From Octopus sinensis (taxonomy: Eukaryota): 64,000 nt of DNA. Of this stretch, positions 14,037 to 27,039 are shown piece after piece (the first letter of the stretch is position 1; each line of letters begins with the position of its first letter). The position numbers and the translations under genes were made by a program. The notes under the pieces were generated by a model. That model searched no databases, had not been told where the DNA came from, and saw nothing but the letters and a program-made list of their open reading frames with translations. The stretch is from assembly GCF_006345805.1 (NCBI RefSeq), contig NC_042997.1, forward strand, positions 76,880,001-76,944,000, given 5' to 3'.

Positions 14037-14150
14037 GTTACCTTGCTTGGAAACAGGTAAGGGTTGGCAACAAGAAAGGTATCCAGCTGTAGAAAATCTG
14101 CCTCAACAAATTCCATCTGACCCATGGAAAAGTGGATGTTAAATGATGAT
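14037..14150 (+). mobile_element. Family A SINE, 3' part
   Basis: gttaccttgcttggaaacagg...atccagctgtagaaaatctgcc...gttaaatgatgat continues the SINE broken at 10183; the same order is uninterrupted at 540-660. Confidence 0.7.
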
Positions 14151-14569
14151 ATACAAATTATACAATATTCCTAAACCACCTTGGTTAATGCTTGTCTGTG
14201 AGAGGCTCTGCATCACACCCACCTGCAATCTCTCTGCCCTGTCAGGCATCCCCCCCACCTTTCATCCTCTAACACCCATCACCTCTCTATCACCTGAGAA
14301 CAGAATATGATGCATACTATATACTTTGCACCAGCATCATCTCTCTCACTGTTGCTCTCTTTCTTTTACTCATACATCTCTCTTTATCTTACTCTCTAAT
14401 CCATCTTCCTTTCTTTTTCAACTGGAGTATTCATGTATCTATTCTACAGTAGGGCATCTACCCTGTATACCTCTAATCTCTCATCAACTGGCACAAATCC
14501 ACATTCCTCCCCCACCTCACTACTACTCCCTCCTCTCAGGTGAGGGTTTTCTGTCTTACAACTTACTTG

Positions 14570-14746
14570 GTGCCCCATAAAAAGCACCCAGTACACTCTG
14601 TAAAGTGGTTGGCATTAGGAAAGGCATCCAGCCATAGAAACCATGCTAAAATAGGCTCTGGAGCTTGGTGTGGTCCCTGGCCTCACCAGGTCCTGTCAAA
14701 CTGTCCAACCCATACCTGCATGGAAAATGGATGATGATGATGATGT
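14570..14746 (+). mobile_element. RTE-type 3' tail with (ATG)n
   Basis: cataaaaagcaccc...ggttggcattaggaaaggcatccagcc...gcatggaaaatggatgatgatgatgatg. Confidence 0.7.
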
Positions 14747-17519
14747 AAACATGTAGAGCATCTCACACTACATAATGCATCCTTGTCATTTCTACTGGCC
14801 ATTCACCGAGAGCTTTCTTTTTCTGATGTTTGCATTCACAGCTCAAGTTTTTTAACAACCATTGATTTTTTTTTTCTTTTTTAATCAGATTTCAATAGGA
14901 TATTGTTGTAGCAGGCTTTTGTCTTTGTCCCAGAAGTTATTTGGGGATGTAATAAATAACCTGCCTTTGGTGTATTACTGTAAAATAAATAAAAATGCAT
15001 TCACATTACTCCTTCACCACTTACTACCTGGCCTGAGCTCATCTTTTGATTCATCCATTTTATGCTGACCATATGACAGTTGTTATTCAGTCTCACAAAT
15101 AAGTGTACTTACTACCTTCATCCACTGGTTATGTTATGGAAGTGATAATTTCTAAATCACATTGTACCCTAGACCATATTAACTCCCATCAATGTCTTCT
15201 TACTCTGTATTTTTTATACCGAAGCTTTGATTCCCATAATTTTGTGACTTTGCCTGGCATATATGGTTGAAAATATACCCAACCTTTATATCTCAATAAT
15301 CATTAGTCATCTCCCTGGTTTGCAATATTTATTATAAGTGCTTTGAACTATGTGCAGGAGGGGTCTTATTTTAAATAAGAAATCATAATTTTCTTTTCTT
15401 GATACTAGCATACTGCTAGTGTCTCATATGATATCATTTTAAGAATCTTGTTCATTTCATAATACTTGAATAATTGAGGTGAAAATAAAAAGAAATAATT
15501 GGTTGTTTTTAGCTCATTAGAAAAACTGAATGGGTTTTGTCTCTTTGAAAAAAGTTTTTTAAATCTTTAAAAATTCTTACTGTTGGAGATGCTGTTTTTA
15601 CTGTTAAAAACATACCGAAAAGTTCATCCATACTTTGGGCAGCTTTTTAATGCCCATCATAATGTTTATAGCAAAAAAAATGCCCTAATTTCCTCCAGTT
15701 ATGTAGGAAACCATAAACTCGTTTATATTCTGCATAATGGTTTGTTTCCTTTGTCATTATTTGAAATATTTAATGAGGAATGAAATATAAAGAAATACTC
15801 AGTTTCTTCAACTCATCAGAAAGACTGTGAATGGATCCTATCTCTTAAGAAGAATCTTTAAGAAAAATACCTTTTAAATCCTAATGCAACTGTTTCTGGT
15901 TGAAACTCATTGCTTTCATTTTCTTATCAGACCTGTAGTTGTCAGAGTCACTGTTCCACTGTTGGATAAAGAAGTACCCAATTCCCTATCATGCTCGTGG
16001 TTGTACTTGTAGATTATTTTGCCTGATTTTTTTGTCAAATTCATTGTTGGTATGTGTGAATGTAAAACTGAAATCCATTTTTTTTTTCTCTCACGAACTG
16101 TTACAGATAACATAATCATTATGATGTGGCAGGAAATTGTAGAGTACAAGTATCATACTAAAAATGTTAAACACTGTTAAACAATTGTTTATTTTGTGAT
16201 GTCAAATATTTTTGTAAATGTAGTAAAAAGATTTGTTTTGAAATTCTCATTTAAATATGACTAGGTTATTTTATGCAGTTTATATAGTATTATAAGCCAA
16301 AAACATTTGGGTGCAGTTTGATAATGAAAACATTAACTTGATTCATCAATTGAGTCAACACGGTTCCTCTACCAAATCCCATTCAAATCAAACCTTACTA
16401 TTTTATTAAAGGAAGGGTTTGCTGGATAATTAAGACCTTGATGCATTGTATTTTGATCACCACTGGAATGCCTTTCTGCAGTCAACTTCTTTAGATTGAA
16501 TTTTTGGACATTCAGTGTTCTTCAGTTGCAGTTGTTGAATAATCACTAATCAGCTTTGTTCCTGCAAAGTTGTCAAGATTGTAAACATTCAACATTCTTA
16601 AGGTTACTCTTATGCCTAGCACTCCAACCTGTTAATTGAATTTTCATTAAATTTTCATTGTTTACATTTTAAAATTATTCAATTCTTAGCTTTTTCAAAA
16701 ATAGAATTTTTAATTTTCTTTTCTCTTGTAAATCAATATTATGGAATTATTCATACAGTTGTGTACCACTACTATCAGTGACTTATTCAGCATCTGAAAA
16801 CTTAATACCATTGTTGGTGACCTGATTGTTTGCATGATTGATTGCTTGCTCTGATAGCTTAAAATACTAAAGCTTGGAAGTTGGAATTTTTATCAATGGT
16901 TACTAATAGAAACACAACAAAAATCACAGGAAGGACAATCAAAAGCTTCAGAAATTTCACTATTTCTAGACTTCACAATCTTAGATGGAGATTGTGTGCA
17001 AACATAGCTATATTTGTTAATCAAAGGCGATGCTTTCTCTTCAGGCTCAGAAAATACTTCAACTCTGAACAGTTTCTACTTGTATACAAGTGTCAAGTGT
17101 AGTACAGACTTGGCACTCTTTTTCATACTTGAACAGAATCACTGTCATACATAGAAACTTTATTGATTACATCCAACTATCAGGTAAACCTTCACTTACT
17201 AAAACACTGTAACCATTTATACACTAAGCTTCTATGTCCTTATTTCTATCATGGCTACAACAGCTTCTGTGAAATACCAAAATACATACTGTACCCACCT
17301 GCTTTCCTGTTTCCTATCTTGTCATCTTTTACATTGGTTCACTACCAAAATCTTTGAAGAGAGGCTTCATCTAAACCTTAATCCTCAAGCATCAACCTAC
17401 AGAAATGCAAACTGAATATCATATGCATTGACCCCTCTAATCTGAACAGACTACAAATGGCATGTGTATTTTGAGCTGCTTTCAAGGAACCAAACAATCA
17501 ATTCAAATGTTCACTGTCA

Positions 17520-17969
17520 ACAGCTAATGAAACTGGAGGAAGCAATCAAAAGAAATAGCCAGAATTGGTAAATCGTACAGGATTTGTGTTGCACTGTGAC
17601 AACGTTAGACCACACATTTATGCTAACTCATGAAAAATCATTGGAGCTTGGGAAGTGATGTCACATCTAGCACATAGCCCTGAGCTTGCACCATCAGACT
17701 GACATTTATTTTGAAGTTTACAAGATTCTTTCAGTGCAAAAAATTTCAATAATGATGATGACAAGAAATCGCACTTGCTTCACATCTTGGCTGATAAGGG
17801 CCAAGATTTCTATGAGCACAAAATCATGAAGTTGCCAGAAAGATGATATAAATGTCATCAGACAAGGTAGAGAATATGTAGTTGATTAAAGTTCACTCTT
17901 TGTATTAGACAAAAATTACTTTTATTTCACAGCAAAAAGACTGAAATTATTTTCTTGCTAACCCAATAC
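17520..17969 (+). mobile_element. mariner transposon 3' fragment
   Basis: Degenerate HDNARPH (cactgtgacaacgttagaccacac) and YSPDLAPSD (catagccctgagcttgcaccatcagac) motifs; right TIR ttattttcttgctaacccaa followed by TA. Confidence 0.75.
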
Positions 17970-18123
17970 ACACACACACACACATATATATATACTAGCA
18001 TTATGACCCGTAGTTGCTGGGTCATAGTGCTAGTGCATGTATATATGTGTACATATTACATGTACATCTACACATAAAATACAAAATACAGTTATATCTT
18101 GATATCACTAGTGATAACAATAC

Positions 18124-18743
18124 TCAAAATATATAATAGACTGGAATTGTAGGCCCCTCTCTTGCAATTTCGATACATTGTATCTTGTCCTCCCTCTTGT
18201 ATAGAAGTGTGGCTACAATCCAGCTTACCTCTACTTCTGGGGGGACATTTTTAATTTTTATCCGGGACGTCCTACGTCTCAGATATAAAGGTAAAAATAA
18301 AATATTTCCACTTTGCAAGGTTCGAGTTGAGTACTCCCTTGCACGCTCCGTTGACTCGAACTTTGCTTCTATTGTGGCAAATTTACCACCTCTGGTTAGA
18401 TACTTGATATCTTTCATAGTCGCACCAAGACACTTTTCGATGGTGCTTTCCTCCAGGTGCTCGAATCTTTTTTTTTCTTTACATTGTATACTCTATAGAC
18501 AATAGTCTTTTCTTTAATTTAATTTTTTATTTCGTTTGGTGGTGTTATCCTAGATTCACTGTCTTTGTCGGTGATCAATCCGAAATAGGTTTGTATTTCT
18601 TCCATTTTAATTTTAATGAGTCCGCGCCCACCGACAGCTGCAGCAAAATTCACTTTTGGACTTTCTTCTATCGAAGGCATTTTAACAAAATACTTCCGTA
18701 TAAACGGTGAAAATATTGTCAATTTCCTCAAACAGGGACACAA
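18124..18743 (-). pseudogene. LINE (L1/Tx1-like) ORF1 N-terminal fragment
   Basis: Two ORF pieces (18519-18743 and 18124-18417); KFATIEAKF...LPLYL...SRIKIKNVPPEV resembles the RRM-like region of L1/Tx1 ORF1p. Assignment by eye. Confidence 0.45.
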
Positions 18744-19394
18744 TTCAATTTTTGAACAATAACCAAAGCTCCTTCTCCCAAAGGGGGTGGGGGGGGGGGG
18801 TTACGGTTTACAATTATTTAACAAATGCAACACAACAACGTTTCCCTTAGGAGGAACCAACAAACATGATAACAATAGTTAAACAGTAATAATAATAACA
18901 ACAAACCTTATGGTAAATCAAAAAGCAGTACGCAGTTGAAGCTATAGTCCTTTATGTATAAGAAATAAACCAACAGCAGTACTCGGTAGAAGCGGCTGTT
19001 CGAGAAAACAAACATTAGATACAGCCAAACTTCATATAGATACTTAATGCTAGCTAATTAGCAGATAATCTAATGTAAAAGCCGTGGTGAACAGTATGTG
19101 CACAGCTCCATCTGGACTATTCCATTTCTGCACACTAATTTTATTTTTTAATTTATTCCCATTCATGTGAAACCACTTATTCAAGTTCAAGTCATTGATG
19201 CAATTTTATACCAATTGCTATTTTTAATTTAATTATGTTACGATTTAATTTAGTTTGATTTTAATTATTACTTACTACATATAATTCAATTGTTATTATT
19301 ATCTCTAATTTTTATTGTTAAAGTGAAAGTATCTGACATAAAATAGAGAAATGTTTTTTTTTCACTTTTAACACATAATACTGAAATAGTGGAG

Positions 19395-19672
19395 AAGATA
19401 TGATATTGCTGTGGGCTCGCCCTAGCAAGAAGTTGAACATTTTTGCCCATGAAACTACATGGACCATAAGTAAGGCATGTGCATTTGAATGAAATTGGTT
19501 GTGTAGTTCTCAAATTTTAGGGAATCATAATGCAGAAGATACGATATTGCTGTGGGCTCGCCCTAGGCAAAAAGTTTTAAAAATTTTTTGCTGATGCCAC
19601 TCCCCGAACCCTAAGTAAGGCATGTATAAAATTTGAATGAAATTGGTTGTGTAGTTCTTAAGTTTTAGGGAA
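19395..19672. repeat. Two ~141-bp imperfect tandem units inside the Helitron
   Basis: aagata(t/c)gatattgctgtgggctcgccctag...taagtaaggcatgt...atttgaatgaaattggttgtgtagttct starts at 19395 and 19536. Confidence 0.85.
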
Positions 19673-19851
19673 ACACACAGACGGACATACATTCTCAGTT
19701 TTATATAGAGAGAGATATGTGTGTGTGTATGTATACTTATATACTCTTTACTTTTTTAAAAGAGTAAAGAGTATATGTATGTATATATATATATGTATAT
19801 ATATATATGTATGTATATATATATATGTATATATATTTATTATATAGAAGG

Positions 19852-19902
19852 AGCTTCTACAGGACTAGAACTGTTTCATTCAAGAGAAATCTTCAGGAAG
19901 CT
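19852..19902 (-). ncRNA. Type I hammerhead ribozyme motif, inverted copy
   Basis: Exact reverse complement of 21598-21648. Confidence 0.72.
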
Positions 19903-20119
19903 AGTTAACAAGAATTGTATTGGCATTTATACATTTAGGCAGGTTTAAAGGGGTGGTGGTGGGGGACTTTTTGGGGGTAGGCATAGCGCAAAATATCATA
20001 CTTGGGGGAGTGGTCAAGGAGTCAGTGTTAAATTAGATAAAAGAATAAATAAAAAAATATATAAAAATATATATAAAAAAAGGATAGTTTTAGGTAAATA
20101 AGGAGATTCTCACTTATAC

Positions 20120-20434
20120 CTATGCACATATGTATACATATATACACACACATACAAACATATATACATATACATACACACATACATACACACAGACACA
20201 TATACATATATATACACTTACACATACATATACATATCTACACATACACATAAATGTATACATACACACACTCGCAGGCATACACGTATACACACATGTA
20301 TATATACACACATGACCACACATACATATACACACACATACATACATACACGCATACACAAACATATCCACACACAGCACACTAGTCCCTATATACACAT
20401 ATATATACACATACACACACATATACATATACAT

Positions 20435-20494
<60 letters not shown>

Positions 20495-21163
20495 GTGTAC
20501 CTATACATACCTACACATACACACATATATATACATACAAATACAGACCCATTCCCTAATTTTAATTTTATTATCTTCATTTATTACTTTTGTTATCTTT
20601 GACCGCTGGTCACAAACATCTTGGCTATGACAGCCATATATTTGTATATGTATGTATGTATATGTATGTGTGTGTATGTATATGTATATATATATATATA
20701 TATGTATGTATATGTATGTATGTATATGTATATGCGTATGTGTATGCGTATATGTATGTATGTATATGTATATGCGTATGTGTATGTGTATGCATATATG
20801 TATGTATGTATATGTATATGCGTATGTGTATGTATTTGTATGTGTATGCATGCGCATATATACATGTATGTATATGTATATGTGTGGGTGTGTGTATGTG
20901 TATAAATGTATGTATGTATGTATGTGTGTATACGTATGTATGTGTATGTGGGTATGTGTATGTATGTGTATGTGTGTATATATATATGTATATATATGTG
21001 TATGTATATATATATATATGTATGTGTATATATATGTGTATATATATATGTATGTGTATATATATGTGTATATATATATGTATGTGTATATATATGTGTA
21101 TATATATATGTATGTGTATATATATGTGTATGTATATATATATATATGTATATATATGTGTAT

Positions 21164-21195
<32 letters not shown>

Positions 21196-21410
21196 ATATA
21201 TATGTGTATGTATATATATATATATGTGTATGTATATATATATATATATGTATGTGTATGTATATATATATATATATATGTATGTGTATGTATATATATA
21301 TATATATGTATGTGTATATATATATATATATATAATATATATATATATATATGTATGTATTTGTATGTAGGTGTATATGTATGTGTGTGTATATATATTT
21401 ATTGGTGTAT
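20120..21410. repeat. Compound microsatellites: CA/TA-type (20120-20545) and TG/TA-type (20640-21410)
   Basis: Direct inspection; the two blocks have opposite strand polarity. Confidence 0.95.
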
Positions 21411-21597
21411 ATGTATAGACTAGCCTTCTAAGAGTGTAGACATGAATCTGTAGGTACGCGTACGTATGTGTATATACGTGAATGTATGTAGATGTATGTA
21501 TGTATGAATATAACGCGTGCGTGTATGTGTATGAGTGTACGTGCTAAAGAGTGTGCGTGAGTGAATGAGTGCTTGTTTTCAAGTAGACAGATAAACT

Positions 21598-21648
21598 AGC
21601 TTCCTGAAGATTTCTCTTGAATGAAACAGTTCTAGTCCTGTAGAAGCT
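21598..21648 (+). ncRNA. Type I hammerhead ribozyme motif (Penelope-like-element type)
   Basis: AGCUUC (stem I), CUGAAGA core 21604-21610, stem II UUC/GAA with UCUU loop, GAAA 21623-21626, stem III CAG/CUG, GUA triplet 21640-21642, GAAGCU (stem I'). Positions 10.1/11.1 are U-U rather than G-C. Confidence 0.72.
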
Positions 21649-21734
21649 CCTTCTATATAATAAATTAACTTTACTCTGCTATGTATTGAGTACCTTATTT
21701 ACTGTGGTTAACCCCGAATCAACCCGGGACCTAC

Positions 21735-23002
<1,268 letters not shown>

Positions 23003-23092
23003 ATGATTGATTGATTGATTGATTCTAGTTTCAGCTCATGAGCTGTGGCCATGCTGGGGCACCGCCATTTGGTGTTGCTACTTGGTTTTACT

Positions 23093-26074
23093 TCACGAAA
23101 GCTTTTTAGGAACTGCCATTTGGTGCATGAGAGAGTTCGATGCAGCTGCCCTCATCTGCACCTCCTGCCATGAAGTTGGTTCATCTGGGACACCTGACAG
23201 GAAGAGATCCAGTTCCATTTTAAAGACATCTGCATCCACCCCATGCAGGTCTCTCAGGTTCTTCGGGAGGTTATTGAAGAGCTGTGGGCCTCGGAACCCA
23301 GGCTATCACAGTATCTTGTCCTACATCTTGATGGCAAATTTGGAGTCCTAGGCAACACACAGTGGCGCCCAGTTCTGGCATTTGTGTAACTCTCGATGCC
23401 AAAGTTTGGGACACGTCCCTCCAGGAACTTCCAGATGTATATTATGGCATATCTTTCCCGCCTACGCTCCAAGGAATATAGTTTTAATCTCTTGAGTCTT
23501 TCCCAGTAGCTCACATTCTGCATAGAGGCTATCTTCTTCGTGTAGCTACGCTGGATCGCCTCGAGCTCTGTGATCAACTTGACACTGGATGGTGACCATA
23601 CCTGAGAGCAATAGTCAAAGTGGCTTAGGACAAGTGTCCTCCAGAGGACCATCATGGTTTCTTGTTTTCTTGTTCTAAAGGTTCTGAGAATCCATCCGGC
23701 CAGTGGTCTACATTTCATTGCCAATTTAGCAACATGTACACGAAAGGTTGCGTCATCACTCATCTGAATACCCAGGTCACGCACTGATTGTGCCTCTGGG
23801 ATTGCTATTCCTCCGGGTCCAATGTATTCATTGGGTATTGCATTTAGTTTTGCATGCTGATAGTATAAAGCTTGAAACTTTTCAGCATTGAACTGCATGC
23901 TATTCTTTTCAGCCCACTTGTATATTTTGTCCAGCTCACATTGCAGGCGTTTAGTGTCCTCAGGGTTCTGTATTGCCTGTGAAACTTTTGTATCATCTGC
24001 ATAACTTGTGGTCGTGGCTCTCTGCGTGGCTGAGGGCATGTCTGAGAGGGCCATTATGAACAGTAGTGGTCCCAGAACAGTGCCCTGCGGAACACCGCTC
24101 ACTATTTGCGTGTTAATGGAAGTGGCCCTATTGGCTACTACCACCTGACTTCTATCTTTCAGAAAGTCATGAAGCCATTCTCCCAGTTTTCCAACTATGT
24201 TGAGATTACGCAGTTTGTGACATATCATTCCATGATCGACTTTATCAAAGGCCTTTGCAAAGTCGAGATATATCACTTCCACATTTGAGTGGTTGAGCAG
24301 CTGTTTCAGCACCCAGTCTGAGTTAAACAGCTTCTCCCTGGTCGGAAACCATGTTGGGTGTCGGGCAGCAAGTCATTTTCTTCAAGGAACGTGATCAGTT
24401 TCCTTCTGACTATTCGTTCCATGACCTTGCTGATGTGTGAGGTCAGAGAGATAGGGCTGTAGTTCTTGGCCTCCGCTCTGCTACCTCCTTTATGAATGGG
24501 GCATATTTTACCTTCCTTCAGTTTTCTTGGAAGTTTGCCAGCTGCAAGGAAGCTCTGAAAGAGGAACTGCAGTGGTCTTGCTAGGACTCTCTTACATGCT
24601 TTTAGGAGGATTGCCGGGAATCCATCGGGGCCAGTAGCTGAGTCTGTTTTCATTTCATCTATAGCCTTTATTACATCGTCTTCCTTTATATCGATGTAAT
24701 CTATCGTCGCCGCCTCTGATTTTATATCTGCAGTGGTAAAGAAGTCAGTTGGATTGGTGATTTGGAGATGCCCAAGGGTTGGAGTGAAAACACTCTTGAA
24801 TTGCTCATTCAGTATTTCACTTACCCTCATTGGTTTTCCTGTGAGTGTGCCATCCTTTTCAAGGAATGGCCCTATTCTACAGTGCACTGTAGCTGTTACT
24901 TTGGCATACCTGTAGAAAGCTCTGGGGTTAGATTTTATGTTGTCTATAGCCCAGGCTTCTTTGTCTGCTCTTTCCTTTTCATGGGAGAGTTGCAGGCATT
25001 TTTCGATTTCCAACAGTTTTATTTTTAGGCGGGACTTTTCACTGCTTTCAATCTGTTTGTTTAGGCGATTTGAAATTTTTGTACGCCGTCTCATTAAAAT
25101 TTTCCTCTCTCTGGGGATTTTGTTCTTGTGTACAGTGGCCTTTCTCTCTGGGACACATTTGTAGCATATGGCTTGCATTACAGACATGAATTGTTGAAGT
25201 TTCACGTCGATGTCTGGCGAGGAGAGACATTTAGGCCAGTTTTGTTTGAGGATCTCTTTCTCATTTTGTTTCCAGTTTGCCTTATGGTAGTTCAGGCTGG
25301 AAAGATTCTGAGGGTTTCTTGTAGGCTGCATGTCCGTGCTCTCTTTTGGCCCGTACATGGTCAGCTCTACCATGTTGTGATCCAAGAGTAGTGTCGGTGT
25401 CACTTTCACATTATGGATGAGATCCATGTCATTTGTGAAGCAGAGATCCAGTGTGTTACCTGCCCTGGTTGGTTGGAGTATTACTTGCTCCATGTACAGG
25501 GTGTTGATGAGGTTCAGGAGGGACCTCGCCTGTCCTCGTTCACATCTTGTCATTCCTGGGAGAGAAAGGCCCTCGGGCCATCTGACATTGGGTAGATTGA
25601 AGTCTCCCATAAGAAGTACACTTATGTGTTGTTCTAATGTGATTAGAACTTCTTCTATTTTTATAAGGCAGTCTTCAAACTTGCCCACATGGCTTGGGGC
25701 ATCTGGAGGGCGATATGTAGCACACACACAACTACATCAAGTTGCCTTATATGTACAATTAGTGTGTCACACACCGAGTTTGAGTATGACAAGAGGACCT
25801 GGGGTGTGAGATCCTCACGGATGTACATAGCAACTCCTCCATGACTCCTTTCTTTTCTGTCAGTCCATAGTACAACATACTGTGGTATGTGTAACTCCGC
25901 ATTTGCTATGTCCGGTTTCAGGTGCGTTTCCGTAAGTGCTATGCATAAGGCTTGATTGCATGCAACAAAGTCTCTCAAGAACGGGATTTTTGTCCTGTTA
26001 CTGAGTGTTTGCAGTCCTCTGATGTTCAGTAGGAGCATCGAGGTGAGGTGTATGTTGTTGCCAGCGGTGTCCAT
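23093..26074 (-). pseudogene. CR1 ORF2: apurinic-type endonuclease + reverse transcriptase
   Basis: LLLNIRGL, IALTETHL, HGGVAMYI, YRPP, MGDFNLP, PTRAGNTLDLCF, TGPDGFP, YLDFAKAFDKVDH, GVPQGTVLGPLLF, YADDTK. Frameshifts near 25730, 24315 (short deletion) and 23295; the shifted frame ends at TGA 23093-23095. Confidence 0.92.
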
Positions 26075-26912
26075 CCTGGTTCTGTTTGCTGTGGTGGTCT
26101 TGTATATAGTGGGTAGTCCCACCTGCGAGCTTGGGTTTGATGAAGCCAGGTCAGCTGCTGTACAATCTTTTGTGCCATGCACAAAAAAGATTGCTGCTCA
26201 GCAGCTGCCCTTTCAACAACATCATATTGGCGGTTTGTGGCACGCACCACATCTGCGTACCTCCGTTTTGGGGCAGGTGGTCCGTGGTCCATCCCTTTTC
26301 CTTGTGTTCATGGTTTGTCCATCCGTCCCGTGTCTCTGCGGCAGGGTCCCCGATGTGCAAAGAGGCAGCCTGCACCTTCCTTTCCATGCCAGCAGGTACC
26401 TCTCAGGTAGAACCTACACACCCGTGTGCGCTGTTTGTTTCCATCCTTTGCGATTCCACTTCTATTCCTGGTTGTTTCACCCTTTGGTCCTGGTTGAGCT
26501 TTTCCTTTAGCTCTTTCAGTCCTTCTTTTAGTTCTTCCCTGGGTTCTCTATCTCCATGGCCCTTGCTGCCGGTAGGAGCACTTGCACTTGGGTTCACTTC
26601 CCGGGCAGGTTTCTCACTCAGAACCTCTTCCCGGGTGTCCACCAGGTGGGGGTGACTTCTTTCATCGTCTCCATTCTTGCCATCTTTGCCCTTCTCGTTC
26701 TCAAAGATGGCATCAAGTGTGCCAATGTGCGACCGTACAAGCGCATAGGATCGCACAAATTCCTGTTTCTTTCGCTCTATCTGAGCTTACGACCTTTTGC
26801 AGCTGCCGCTCTTCAGCGCAGCCGTAATCACATTGTTAGGGTTATCCCCGTCGGCGCATTTCCAGGCTCGTACGAACAACGCCAGTTCATCAGGTCTCCA
26901 GACTCTGGACAT
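26026..26912 (-). pseudogene. CR1 ORF1 with Myb/SANT-like N-terminus and CCCH-like zinc finger
   Basis: ATG at 26912: MSRVWRPDELALFVRAWK...AALKSGSCKRS*AQIERKKQEF; after a frameshift near 26440, CRFYLRGTCWHGKEGAGCLFAH; the frame continues through one stop to RRYADVV and ends at 26026. Confidence 0.7.
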
Positions 26913-27039
26913 GTTCGATAATCTATCTAATTATGTTCAAAATTTCAATAGTGTGACAGAGGGCAGAGAAGAAGCAGAGAAAGAAAGTGTATTTAGGGAG
27001 ATTTAGAGCTGAGAGAAGATAAGAAGATATATATTTATA

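Larger units (their letters stand above)
17995..19715 (-). mobile_element. Non-autonomous Helitron-like element
   Basis: Minus strand begins TC (TCTCTCTCTATATAAAACTGAGAATG) and ends with a hairpin plus CTAG, between an A and a T; 16-bp stem 17994-18009/18019-18034 with one G-T pair; no TSD or TIR. The 5' end is uncertain by a few bases within a GA run. Confidence 0.7.
19835..21665. repeat. 72-bp perfect inverted repeat pair (19835-19906 / 21594-21665) enclosing a microsatellite-rich spacer
   Basis: Base-by-base reverse-complement match over 72 bp. Confidence 0.95.
23003..27030 (-). mobile_element. Apparently full-length CR1-clade LINE, ~4.0 kb
   Basis: Pyrimidine-rich 5' UTR, ORF1, ORF2 (APE + RT), short 3' UTR with a CAGCTC-AT-GAGCTG hairpin and an (AATC)n tail. 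The TSD is obscured by flanking microsatellites. Confidence 0.9.

Noticed and set aside
10179-14041. TSD for the Gypsy element
   Set aside because: Flanks AATAT and GTTAC do not match, so none is reported.
18783-18800. Poly-G run as a functional element
   Set aside because: Single homopolymer of uncertain length with no other support.
23254-25727. Intact, active CR1 ORF2
   Set aside because: At least three frameshifts, including a short deletion in RT; this copy is treated as inactive unless reads show assembly errors.
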